64,000 bases of DNA from a virus. Where the stretch lies: the IMG/VR virus record IMGVR_UViG_3300032267_001484. One strand, 5' to 3'. The notes beneath the pieces are model-generated. The model searched no databases, was not told where the DNA came from, and saw nothing but the letters and a program-made list of their open reading frames with translations. The position numbers and the translations under genes were made by a program. Shown here piece after piece: positions 30,368 to 40,100 of this stretch (its first letter is position 1; the number at the start of each line of letters is the position of its first letter).

Positions 30368-30624
30368 GCTACATATGTGGGCTTTTTAGGAGCTATATTT
30401 GGTCGTGATAATTCCTTATTAGATGTATTGTTTCTTAATAGATTTTGTTGTTTTTCTGCTTCTTCTTTTTGTTTTTCAAAATATTCCTTTAATGTTTCAA
30501 ACGTAAATCTACGTAACCATATAGGCATATTATATATAGTATCCCAATCATATCCACCATTACCATGGAATACTATTTGATGTATTTGAGAAAATAATTG
30601 AAGTCTATAACTAGGCGTCAGGCC
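30349..30624 (-). CDS. frameshift extension of the tail assembly chaperone (gpGT-like)
   Basis: Not in the ORF track. 91-codon open frame GLTPSYRLQLFSQIHQIVFHGNGGYDWDTIYNMPIWLRRF...; begins right after the T7 run. Confidence 0.7.
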   Translation of the reverse strand, partial: GLTPSYRLQLFSQIHQIVFHGNGGYDWDTIYNMPIWLRRFTFETLKEYFEKQKEEAEKQQNLLRNNTSNKELSRPNIAPKKPTYVAKAPKK

Positions 30625-31348
30625 AAAAAAAGTTAATAGATACTGGAATATCTATACCCTCCTTTGTATAGTCATCTCCTTCAGGGTAATAAATTGTATC
30701 TATATCTGGGGTTATTTCGTTATAATATTTACGTAATGCTCTTGAATCTTGAGCTAATAAATAATTGTCAACAAAATCACGAATATCTTTTTGTTCACGT
30801 TTACCCTCAACTGAAGTAACCATATATTTTAGTCGAGTAGTAAGATCTGATGATGAATTAGGGTTAATTTTTTGTAATCCCCTAATTTCAGCTTCTATTT
30901 TTTGTTCATCACCGTGAGTTAATAATTTAAAAGTAACAACATTTCCTGATTGAGGCAATGTAAATAAGAATTCATTTACTCCTCTTTTATATAATGAATA
31001 ATCAACTTTTTTATCTTCTAATTTAGATAAATCAGCAGTATATTCTTTTCCTCCATTATTAAATTTATAATCCTTACCATAACCTAAAACACGAGCAGCA
31101 ATAATAATTGCATTTTTGTCACCAATTAATAATTCATTATAATCAATAGGTGTAACAATTAACGATTGAAGCAATTTATCAATTACTGTACCTTGACGAA
31201 TGTAGTTAGCATTAGTAAGAATATCTTCTTCCCTTGCTGTCATATACTTCATTTCAATTTCACCTTTAGCTAGTGGTGATGTTTCGGGATACAATAAACC
31301 TTTTGAAGGAAGCGAAACTGTTTCTGTTGGAATTTTTAATTCAGCCAT
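30611..31348 (-). CDS. tail assembly chaperone / T4 gp26-like baseplate assembly protein
   Basis: VSLPSKG..Y, MTAREEDIL, ARVLGYG, ends FFWPDA; lies between the tube and tape measure genes. Confidence 0.8.
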   Translation of the reverse strand: MAELKIPTETVSLPSKGLLYPETSPLAKGEIEMKYMTAREEDILTNANYIRQGTVIDKLLQSLIVTPIDYNELLIGDKNAIIIAARVLGYGKDYKFNNGGKEYTADLSKLEDKKVDYSLYKRGVNEFLFTLPQSGNVVTFKLLTHGDEQKIEAEIRGLQKINPNSSSDLTTRLKYMVTSVEGKREQKDIRDFVDNYLLAQDSRALRKYYNEITPDIDTIYYPEGDDYTKEGIDIPVSINFFWPDA

Positions 31349-31383
31349 ATAACGTTTTATTTATTTTATATATATAAATATAC

Positions 31384-31420
31384 AAAAAGAAAAGACGTTT
31401 GCCGAAGCAAACGCCTTTTT
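31384..31420 (-). terminator. rho-independent terminator with a cUUCGg tetraloop
   Basis: AGGCGTTTGC-TTCG-GCAAACGTCT followed by TTTCTTTTT, after the tube gene. Confidence 0.85.
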
Positions 31421-31441
31421 TAAGAGGAATATAGGGAATGG

Positions 31442-31927
31442 TTAGAAATTCAATACACAGTAATCCATAGCGATTGTTACAGCTAAACTAACTGCAGCAT
31501 CTGCACTCCAATCATAATCTCCAAAAGTAGCTGTTTTTACATAAGCTCCTTTTACAATCCACTCACCTACGATATCACCTACAGGGCCTAAGATATTCAA
31601 TGCTAAATCTTTCTTATAGAAATCAGAATAACCATCACGACCAGTTACTGATTCGTGTGCTAAACGAGCCCATTCCATTACGGCTTGTCCACCGGATGGG
31701 GTTACAGGATCGTATAATTCTAAAGTCATATCATTCCACTTAACTTTACCTTTTACTTTACGGTAAACGTTAATGTGGTCTAATATAATTTCACCAGCGT
31801 CAAATCCAGGAGCAGATGCTTTTTTAATCAAGTATGCAGGAATACCATCAATATACATGATAAAGCGATTCTGAACTTTAGGTTCAAATGCTGTGAACAT
31901 TATTTCGTTTGCGTCTAATACTGCCAT
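31442..31927 (-). CDS. tail tube protein (T4 gp19-like)
   Basis: FEPKVQNRF, KGKVKW..LYDP, YKKD..L.LGPVG..W; follows the sheath gene. Confidence 0.9.
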   Translation of the reverse strand: MAVLDANEIMFTAFEPKVQNRFIMYIDGIPAYLIKKASAPGFDAGEIILDHINVYRKVKGKVKWNDMTLELYDPVTPSGGQAVMEWARLAHESVTGRDGYSDFYKKDLALNILGPVGDIVGEWIVKGAYVKTATFGDYDWSADAAVSLAVTIAMDYCVLNF

Positions 31928-31975
31928 TTTATTTTAATTTTATTGCTATTAATAAATATTAGCAACTACATTCCC

Positions 31976-33670
31976 CTATCCAGGGAATGTAGCGCCGGTT
32001 GGTTGAACGTTGAAATTCAATATAATAAATTCAGCAGTTTTAGTTGGTTGGATATAAATCTGACCTACTAACTGATTTCTATCAATTACATCAGGTGTAT
32101 TATTTGATTCATCCATTACTACCTTGTAAGCATATAAACCTTGACGTTGTACTACTGATTCAAGATATGGATTAACTTGAGACAAGAAGCGATTGCGAGT
32201 TACATTTGTATTTTGTTCAAATACTAAATTATTTCCTACTTGGCCAATATAATCTTTCAATGCAATCAACAAACGACGAACATTTACACGATCAAGAGCT
32301 GTTGCTTTGCGTTGTAATGTTTTCTGGCCAAATACTACAACACCTTCACCAGGGAATGTAGCTAATGGGTTAACATTTGCAGTGTATAATGTATCACGAT
32401 CGGATTGAGATAATCTACGTTCAGCACGTAATACTGAAGGAACACCACCGCGGTTTAAACCTGCAGGAGCAAACCATTCAGCACCAACTTGGTCATTAAA
32501 TGCAAACACACCAGCCATTACTGTTGATGGAGGACACCATACTGCTTTACCTAAGTTGGTTGAGTATAATTGAACCCAAGGATAATAACAAGCAGCATAA
32601 TTGCTTGATTGACCAGCAGCGGCATTAGCAGCAGCTGTTATTGAAGAACCATATACACCAGCACCTAAAATTGCTATTGCATCACCACGATTTTCAACTG
32701 TTGAAATCATTGTTGAAGCAGCACTACAATCTAAACCAACACCCGGAGCAATCAATACATTAAATTTATAATCATCACTATTATTTAAAATATTAAATGC
32801 AGTAGTATAATCAGTTACTGCAAATCCTTGAATATTGGTTGCAGTAATAGCTTCATTCATTAATTGAATAGTAGCTGTGGCTGCAGCTCCACCACCAAAT
32901 GAACCACTTCCTAAAGTAGGTAAAGAAGCAGCGTATGATGAAGATTTAAACAATCCATTATTATCAATAGAATCTACTTGTGGGGTATTTATTGATTTAA
33001 CACGTATGTATTGTGAAGCATTAGCATAAGATCCAGTATATGTTACAATATTGTTTGTAGCATCATATACTGGTTTAAGATCACCGATTACGCGTGAAAT
33101 AAAGTTAGGTAACATTGGGTCTAGAGACAAATTAGCCCAACTTTCTAAATAGTTCTTTTGTGCATTATTATCATTACCTGCACGAACAGTTATATTAAAT
33201 ACACCGCTACTTGTGTTTACATTAGTAACTTCCCAACGAACGTTAGTTGCACTACCACTAGATAAAGCACCACTAATTTCAGGACTTACACTATTCATTT
33301 GGTCACCCCAAGCTATAGTTTCAAGTACAAATGAAGTTCCAGAAAAAGCAGCTACACTAGAACTAGCATAAGTGCTAAGATTAGATGTTCCACTAATGAT
33401 ACGAGTTACTAGTAATGTTTGTCCACCGTTTTGAAAGAAATCTTTAGCAGCTAAAGATGTAAGATATTCATAATAATAACTACTACTTTTGAATGTTTCT
33501 CCGAACTTTGATACATATTCACTATATGAAGTAACATAAGTAGGAACATATGGTTGACCCATTACGGTAGGACCAACAATAGCGGTTGCAGTACCTTGTA
33601 TGCCTCTCTGAACCAGTGATTGGTCAGATTCATTTTGGAATACACCAGGAGATAAAATTTTTTCGCCCAT
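31976..33670 (-). CDS. tail sheath protein
   Basis: SPGVF..E.D, YYPWV, WFAPAGLNRG, GQKTLQ..ALDRVNVRRL, PTKTAEFI. Confidence 0.96.
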   Translation of the reverse strand: MGEKILSPGVFQNESDQSLVQRGIQGTATAIVGPTVMGQPYVPTYVTSYSEYVSKFGETFKSSSYYYEYLTSLAAKDFFQNGGQTLLVTRIISGTSNLSTYASSSVAAFSGTSFVLETIAWGDQMNSVSPEISGALSSGSATNVRWEVTNVNTSSGVFNITVRAGNDNNAQKNYLESWANLSLDPMLPNFISRVIGDLKPVYDATNNIVTYTGSYANASQYIRVKSINTPQVDSIDNNGLFKSSSYAASLPTLGSGSFGGGAAATATIQLMNEAITATNIQGFAVTDYTTAFNILNNSDDYKFNVLIAPGVGLDCSAASTMISTVENRGDAIAILGAGVYGSSITAAANAAAGQSSNYAACYYPWVQLYSTNLGKAVWCPPSTVMAGVFAFNDQVGAEWFAPAGLNRGGVPSVLRAERRLSQSDRDTLYTANVNPLATFPGEGVVVFGQKTLQRKATALDRVNVRRLLIALKDYIGQVGNNLVFEQNTNVTRNRFLSQVNPYLESVVQRQGLYAYKVVMDESNNTPDVIDRNQLVGQIYIQPTKTAEFIILNFNVQPTGATFPG

Positions 33671-33745
33671 TTTTATATTGTTTTTGAAATTTAATTAGGA
33701 TTAACCTAGCAATAAATATCCAAAAACCACTATAAAACGCAGGAC

Positions 33746-34015
33746 CTATTGTTGGATAGGTGTAATTTCTCCCGTTTCTGGGTTGATAGAGCCAACTCCG
33801 TATTTGTCTTGTAATGATTTCATTAAATCATTTTCTTTTTGCTCAATAGATTCAAGGTCTTTTAGTAGTCCTTTTTTATCATTTTCAAGCTTTTCAGTTT
33901 GACCTAATAAGGCAAGACGTTGAGCCTCAGCTACACCTATTTCAAATAGTGTTTGATTGTACTTAGATTGAAGATCCCTAATTGATTGTAATTCTTCTTG
34001 TGTTAATTGTGCCAT
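33746..34015 (-). CDS. coiled-coil hypothetical protein (paralogue of 34240-34497)
   Basis: LTQEEL...KYGVGSINPETGEI. Confidence 0.75.
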   Translation of the reverse strand: MAQLTQEELQSIRDLQSKYNQTLFEIGVAEAQRLALLGQTEKLENDKKGLLKDLESIEQKENDLMKSLQDKYGVGSINPETGEITPIQQ

Positions 34016-34022
34016 AACGTTA

Positions 34023-34256
34023 TTATTTTTCCCATTTAGCTAATGGGCAAGCTTTTGGTCCTGGTTTAGGACTGAATACTTTTTTATTTAAAGGACATCC
34101 ACATTCACCACAAATGAATGTATTAATGGCTTTGACATATTCTTTTTTAGAACATGAATCACAAACACCAGCTCGATATTGAGCCAGTGCTTGTTCTTCA
34201 GGTGTTGGATTAGCAGCTGCTACCCATGATTTAAATATTTCAGAGATCTTGTTCAT
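34023..34256 (-). CDS. small zinc-binding Cys-rich protein
   Basis: CDSC..CGECGCPL..CPLAKW. Confidence 0.75.
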   Translation of the reverse strand: MNKISEIFKSWVAAANPTPEEQALAQYRAGVCDSCSKKEYVKAINTFICGECGCPLNKKVFSPKPGPKACPLAKWEK

Positions 34257-34497
34257 TAGGTTGTGATTCTAATGGCTTAATTTCTCCTGTATTTAAGTCA
34301 AGACTACCATCTCCATATTTAATAGAGAGTTTACTATAAAATTCTTGCTCTTGAGTTGCAATAGTGCGATAAGTAGCAAGTATGTTTTCTTTTTGAATAC
34401 GATTTTCTCCTAAAGCAAAAGTAATTTGACTCTTTTGCGTTTTAAAACCATTAATTTGTTTTAATTCTTCTTCGGTGAGGAATTTAGATTCAGCCAT
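34240..34497 (-). CDS. coiled-coil hypothetical protein (paralogue of 33746-34015)
   Basis: LTEEEL...KYGDGSLDLNTGEI. Confidence 0.75.
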   Translation of the reverse strand: MAESKFLTEEELKQINGFKTQKSQITFALGENRIQKENILATYRTIATQEQEFYSKLSIKYGDGSLDLNTGEIKPLESQPNEQDL

Positions 34498-34793
34498 TAT
34501 TTGTTCTTTTTAATAATTTGTTTCGAAACATGTTGTTTTGTTGCTGATTGTTTAGGAACAGCAGCTTGCTTTGCAGCTTGTTTCTTAGCCTTAGCTTTTT
34601 TTACTTCTTCAGCAATTTCCTGAACTGCTTCTACAATTTCAGCTACTTTTTCTTCTTTTGTAGTTGCTTGTTTAATTTCGTTAAACGCTTCATGTACTTC
34701 CTTTGCTACAGGAACTACTACTTCGGCTACGTTTTCTACTTTTTCTTTAGTTTTAGGACTAAATAGATTTTTTAAAAGACTGATGAATGACAT
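34497..34793 (-). CDS. hypothetical Lys/Glu/Ala-rich protein
   Basis: Has its own promoter motif; coupled to the next gene. Confidence 0.65.
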   Translation of the reverse strand: MSFISLLKNLFSPKTKEKVENVAEVVVPVAKEVHEAFNEIKQATTKEEKVAEIVEAVQEIAEEVKKAKAKKQAAKQAAVPKQSATKQHVSKQIIKKNK

Positions 34794-34856
34794 AAAATTT
34801 ATTTTTTATTTGATGTATATAAATATATAGTATTTTTAGAAGACAACCAAATTTTT

Positions 34857-35048
34857 TTATATACTTTGTTCTTGACTATAAAGTGCTACTTTATATTGTC
34901 TACCTGAAGGATCATTATTTTGCAATATCAGTGCCTGATTTATTGCTTCTTCTTCTGTTGGGTAGATGTATTCTGGATCTTCTGGATCTAGTTTTGCAAC
35001 CCAAATTTGGTCATTTCCGGGGATGAATTGTTTTAATACAATGTACAT
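34857..35048 (-). CDS. small acidic hypothetical protein
   Basis: Packed ORF at the end of the fibre operon. Confidence 0.6.
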   Translation of the reverse strand: MYIVLKQFIPGNDQIWVAKLDPEDPEYIYPTEEEAINQALILQNNDPSGRQYKVALYSQEQSI

Positions 35049-35075
35049 TTGTTTTTATTTGAAAGATTAAAAAAA

Positions 35076-35453
35076 TTAAGTATTAGAAGCACTTGCAGTT
35101 ACTTCATATGTTTTAGCAGGATTTCCAACCCATTGATAAGTAAACCCAGTACCTACTGTAGTAAATCCTGTAGGTCCTTGAGTAGACAAAGTTGTATTAT
35201 CAGTAATGTTTTTAACTATTAAAGTCATAGTTACTGTTTTAGTTGGAATTGATTGAACAGCTATTGATACGCTTGCTGTCAAAGGGCTAGGACTATTAAT
35301 AACATCAGTATCAGTACTAGTACTACTAAAATTAGTTAATGTTGTTACTCCTGATTTTAATGTAAATGGAACAACAGGAGGTGTTGTACCTGTTTTAGTA
35401 TATGTTTGTCTAATAGTAATAGGAGAGGAGAATACCCAAATTTTATATGGCAT
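35076..35453 (-). CDS. Thr-rich beta-sandwich-like hypothetical protein
   Basis: Composition and position. Confidence 0.6.
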   Translation of the reverse strand: MPYKIWVFSSPITIRQTYTKTGTTPPVVPFTLKSGVTTLTNFSSTSTDTDVINSPSPLTASVSIAVQSIPTKTVTMTLIVKNITDNTTLSTQGPTGFTTVGTGFTYQWVGNPAKTYEVTASASNT

Positions 35454-35470
35454 ATAATATTATATTAATT

Positions 35471-36064
35471 TTAAGAAGGAATAAAATAACCATTTGCTAA
35501 TATGCAATATAATTTACTTCCACTAGCAGCATTGTATACATAATTATAATTAAATGATGTGTTAACAGTACCTAATCCAAATCCATTATAGACAATTTTA
35601 TCTGAGTTTATTAGATCATATCCCCCATCAACTTTCCAAGGTCTTCCATATATTATAAAAACATTCTCATTATTTTCGGAACTTCCAGATATATTAATGG
35701 AATAAGTTGTGTTAGTTGTTCCTAACTCTATAACTATCATACTTGAAGGATAGTTTTTATATAAAACATTAGCATGTTGATATAAAGATCCAGTTATTGC
35801 TGTGGGTATTTCTGCTGAATGGTTATATTGGTACCAAGCAGACATAGATAAATTTAGTAAAGGTAGTCTGGAGCTTTCATTAAATATACTTCCAGAAGAT
35901 AAAATATTTATAGGAGCATACCCGGTATATGATAATCCACCACAACTAAAAATACTGGCTTCACCCCAAGTCCAGCCTCCCATTGCATAATTAATCATAG
36001 AACTTTGAGAAGTCTCAGTTCTAATCATACTCATTGATAAGGGTCCTGATCCTGGTAAGGCCAT
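35471..36064 (-). CDS. putative fibre-tip adhesin
   Basis: N-terminal MALPGSGPLSMSMIRTE..LSMSAWY resembles the attachment modules found downstream of chaperone-bearing fibres. Confidence 0.5.
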   Translation of the reverse strand: MALPGSGPLSMSMIRTETSQSSMINYAMGGWTWGEASIFSCGGLSYTGYAPINILSSGSIFNESSRLPLLNLSMSAWYQYNHSAEIPTAITGSLYQHANVLYKNYPSSMIVIELGTTNTTYSINISGSSENNENVFIIYGRPWKVDGGYDLINSDKIVYNGFGLGTVNTSFNYNYVYNAASGSKLYCILANGYFIPS

Positions 36065-36769
36065 TTATTTTTTTATGTTTATAAGATGTTTCATAAAATT
36101 ACCAGAGTATTCATGCCATCCTAAATGATTAGCATTTACTTCTGGGTGGACTAGTAATTGGCCTCCTAATTTTTTCCATAATAAACAGAATTGCCAGCTA
36201 CCACTTTCATAAAAGCCGTCATTATTTATTCCGACTCTAAATAAATCATAAAAATCACCATCACCATATCCATCAACATAATTTTTATATTTTAGTTCAG
36301 GGTGATTGTCTATTATTTTTTGTATGACTTCTCTCTTTATAAGTAAAAATCCAGGAGGGACATATTCTGCGTCTAAATATTTATCTTCCGTAATTTTAAT
36401 ACTTCCCCCTGAGGTAAAATTAACATATTCTTGAGTAGGATCTTGTTTTATTCTATCCCAACAAATATACTTTTTAGGATATGCTCCACTTATCACCTCT
36501 TTTTCTGATTCAATTAGTTTAAGTATATCATGTGGTTCAAAAGATAAATCTGCATCTAAAAACAAAAGATGAGTATTATTTGGGTCTTGCATAAAAAAAG
36601 ACACAGCTGAATTTCTAGCCCTACCTACAGATGGATCAGAAAATATAGGATAGAATGATAAATCTAAATTACAGTCTTTTGCAAAACTAACTAGTTTTAT
36701 CATAGACACCATGTATTCTGAATAACATGTGTGGTTATAACATATTAAAGGAATAAATATTTTTTTCAT
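36065..36769 (-). CDS. GT-A fold glycosyltransferase-like protein
   Basis: GRARN, THLLFLDADLSF (DxD), GAYPKK, GFLLIKR, H.G. Confidence 0.8.
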   Translation of the reverse strand: MKKIFIPLICYNHTCYSEYMVSMIKLVSFAKDCNLDLSFYPIFSDPSVGRARNSAVSFFMQDPNNTHLLFLDADLSFEPHDILKLIESEKEVISGAYPKKYICWDRIKQDPTQEYVNFTSGGSIKITEDKYLDAEYVPPGFLLIKREVIQKIIDNHPELKYKNYVDGYGDGDFYDLFRVGINNDGFYESGSWQFCLLWKKLGGQLLVHPEVNANHLGWHEYSGNFMKHLINIKK

Positions 36770-36788
36770 AACTAATTAGTATAAATTA

Positions 36789-37172
36789 TTATTCAGTAAC
36801 AGGAGAATCTGGTGTTGGTGTTGGTATATTAAGCCATGGAGCTTGTTGTATTAGTATTGGTGGATTGATTTGGTTTTCAATCTGCTGTTCTAATGAAGCA
36901 TATATTCTATCAACAAAGCCAGGATTTTGCTCTTCCATAGAAGTAGTTACCCAATTATATACTATATCATAGGTAAGGTCTTGGAAGGGAATAAATGGGG
37001 TTGATCCATCATAAGGTGCTACGTTTTGAGTACCGATATTAGATGCTGTATAAGACCCAGTGCTAGCATATAACTGCCAGTGTACTAAGAATACAACATC
37101 TGTTTCTCCAGATGCAGTAGGATAAGATTCTAAAGGGTTAAAGCTCCATGTATAAGTAATATCTAATGCCAT
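36789..37172 (-). CDS. small acidic fibre-associated protein
   Basis: YTWSF..VVFLVHW..FIPFQDLT..WV; directly follows the S74-bearing fibre. Confidence 0.65.
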   Translation of the reverse strand: MALDITYTWSFNPLESYPTASGETDVVFLVHWQLYASTGSYTASNIGTQNVAPYDGSTPFIPFQDLTYDIVYNWVTTSMEEQNPGFVDRIYASLEQQIENQINPPILIQQAPWLNIPTPTPDSPVTE

Positions 37173-37176
37173 TTCA

Positions 37177-40100
37177 CTATGTTTTATTTTGTAATAAATA
37201 TTTTAATTCGTCTATCTGTTTTTGTTGTTCTTTTATAGCCTCAATTAATAGTGGTACTATTTTTTCATATTGTACTGTCAAATAATTTTCACCACTTATT
37301 GATTTATTATTTCCATCATTATCAAATGGAGCTAATTTAACAGCTTCAGGTAATACTGCTTGAACGTCTTGAGCAAATACACCTACTAACAACTCTTCTG
37401 TATCGTAGTTAGCTACTTCTTTTGCTTTTTCATTCCAATTATAAGTAAATCCAGTTAGTTTATTTATTTTTTCTAATGGCTTATCTAATATTTGTACATT
37501 ATTTTTTAAACGTTTATCTGAAGCGTATGCTATGATGTCGGCTAAGGCTGATATAGTTCCATCAACTGCATTAGGAACAACACCAACTCCAAGAGCCCCT
37601 GTATTAATTCTAGCATCTCCAATAACATCAAGTGGATAAGATGGGGTTGCATTAGCTATACCAACATTTCCTCCTGTAAAATAAAATACAGCTGCTGAAT
37701 CTGAACCAAACACGTATTTTCCTGCATTATCTAAACCCGTATAAAATCTTCTAGTTCCAGCCCATGAATATCCTATATAACTCCAGCTACTATCTGTTGC
37801 ATCTAGAGTTAACATTTGATCAGCGGTTCCACTAAATACACAAGATCCTCCTGATACATGTAATTTTACTGTTGGTGTTGTAGTACCTATACCAACATTG
37901 CCTCCACTAACAGTTATAGTCTCACTATTATTAGAATATAAGTGTAATTTACTTCCAACTCCACTTTGATAGCCTATGTACATATCTTTATCACTGCCAT
38001 TTAAAGAGTTTCTAATGACTCTTAAGTTAGCATATTGATCTGCTGTGGCTAAGTCAAGACCTTCTTGTGTTGCTGTTCCACCAATTACTAATTTAGCAGT
38101 TGTAGGAGATGTATTAGCTATACCTACATTACCATTATTATCTATTCTAACTTTTTCTCCTGATGTACTTCCGGCAGGATAAAAAGCTAAGACTGCAGAT
38201 GATCCTGATGCTCCAGTGATTGTAGGTACTCCGGCTCCATATGTGTTTCCCCAAGTGAGATTATATGTATCTCTTAAAATTATACTTCCAACAACATCTA
38301 GTGTATCTCTTGGAGTTGATGTACCTATACCTACATTTCCTCGAGTATAATATACGTCACTACTATTTCTAACAAAACTATTAACTTGATTATTTGTATT
38401 AGTTTGTGTTATATTTTTATCAGCAAATGTACTACTTTCAAATCCAACACTCCAAGATCCTGTCCAAGAAGGATTTAATCCAGAATAGCCTAAACTAACG
38501 TCATTTATATGAACTTGAGGATATGACCAAGTATCAGCTAATTCTCCTATAAAAACTACTATTTTAGATCCATCATAACCAAATCTAACAGTGTAATTTG
38601 TATCTATTTGAGAATTTGATTCTATATAAGCAAAAGTATTATACCATGCACCAGATGAGGGATCTACAGGATAGTAGTTATATCCTCCAAAATTAACTGT
38701 AAATGAACTATTAGTTATATATTCATAAACAGTAATTTTAACACTATGCATTGTGTTAGTCCATCCTACAGGATACGTAATTTTAATTGCACCTGTAACT
38801 GTAGCAGTTGTAGTATTATAATACCCTCCAAGAGGTTTTAATATTCTATAAAAATTTTGGTCTGTTATAGAATTATCATTAGTGATAACATTACTTCCTA
38901 ATAAGGATAATGATGATGTATAGTATAATTTACCCGTTGATGGGTCTACTGTCATTACATTGTTTTGGGTAGTATTACTTAACCCAGTTAAATAAACATC
39001 ATTATTTCCTCTAATTGCTCCATTTACATCTAAGGTATATGATGGAGATGTAGAATTTACTCCTAGTCTACCATTATCATTATCCCATGTAAATTGATTA
39101 CTTCCTGTTACATTTGATGTACTAGTCCAATAAGCTACTCTACTATTAGCACCAGTACCAGTTACAGTACCTGCTGAACCACCAGTAGCAGTTAGTGTTC
39201 CTCCTGATAATGATAGTCCAGATCCTACATTTATAGATGATAATTGGCCTGTTGAAGATGCTCCTACTATTCTATCTCCAGAACCTGCTAGTTTAGACAA
39301 AGTTATATTTCCATCTGTGGCTATAGCAAAACTAGAAGTCATTGATAAATCACTTCCTGCTGCAGTATTAACAGATGCTCTTGTGTGTAAGAATGTTAAT
39401 GTTCCTCCTCCTATATTTAATATACTTCTATCAGCAGAAAAATTATCAAATGTTGAAACATATCCTGCAGCTCCTGTTTTGCCTACAGCTCCATAGCCTA
39501 AAGTCATAGCACCAGTCGAATATTCTGATCCTAAAACATTAACATAGTCATTATTAGCTCCATCATAAGTTCTATATAAGAAAGGTCCACCGTTAGTAGA
39601 CGCGCCAGATCCTGCTTCTATAGCACCTACAACTGTTAATCTTTGATATGGTGTAGTTGAATTTATACCAACATTTCCACTAGCTGTAATGAATAATCTA
39701 GTAGAAGAATTAGTTAGTAAGTATATATTACCATTAGTTGATTCATTAGTTATATAAAAATCTGTAGATCCAACAGAAGGAAACCCTAAGTATGCCAATC
39801 TTCCAGCAGAGGCTGTTGGATACCATTGCATATAAGCATGGTTATTACCATATATGTTGAGGACTCCTGCATTGTGCTGTAAAGTTGTAGCCCCACCATT
39901 TACATTTAATCTTGCACTTGGTGATGTGGTACCTATACCAACATTACCACTAGTATCAATAAATAAAGATGAACTTTGAACATAATATGGTTTATTATTT
40001 GTTGTTGCATCATATCCTATTTGGTATCCACTAGTAGAACCACCATTATAAGCCATACCAGCAAACCATCTAATATTAGAATCTGCAGTAGTCATATTAA

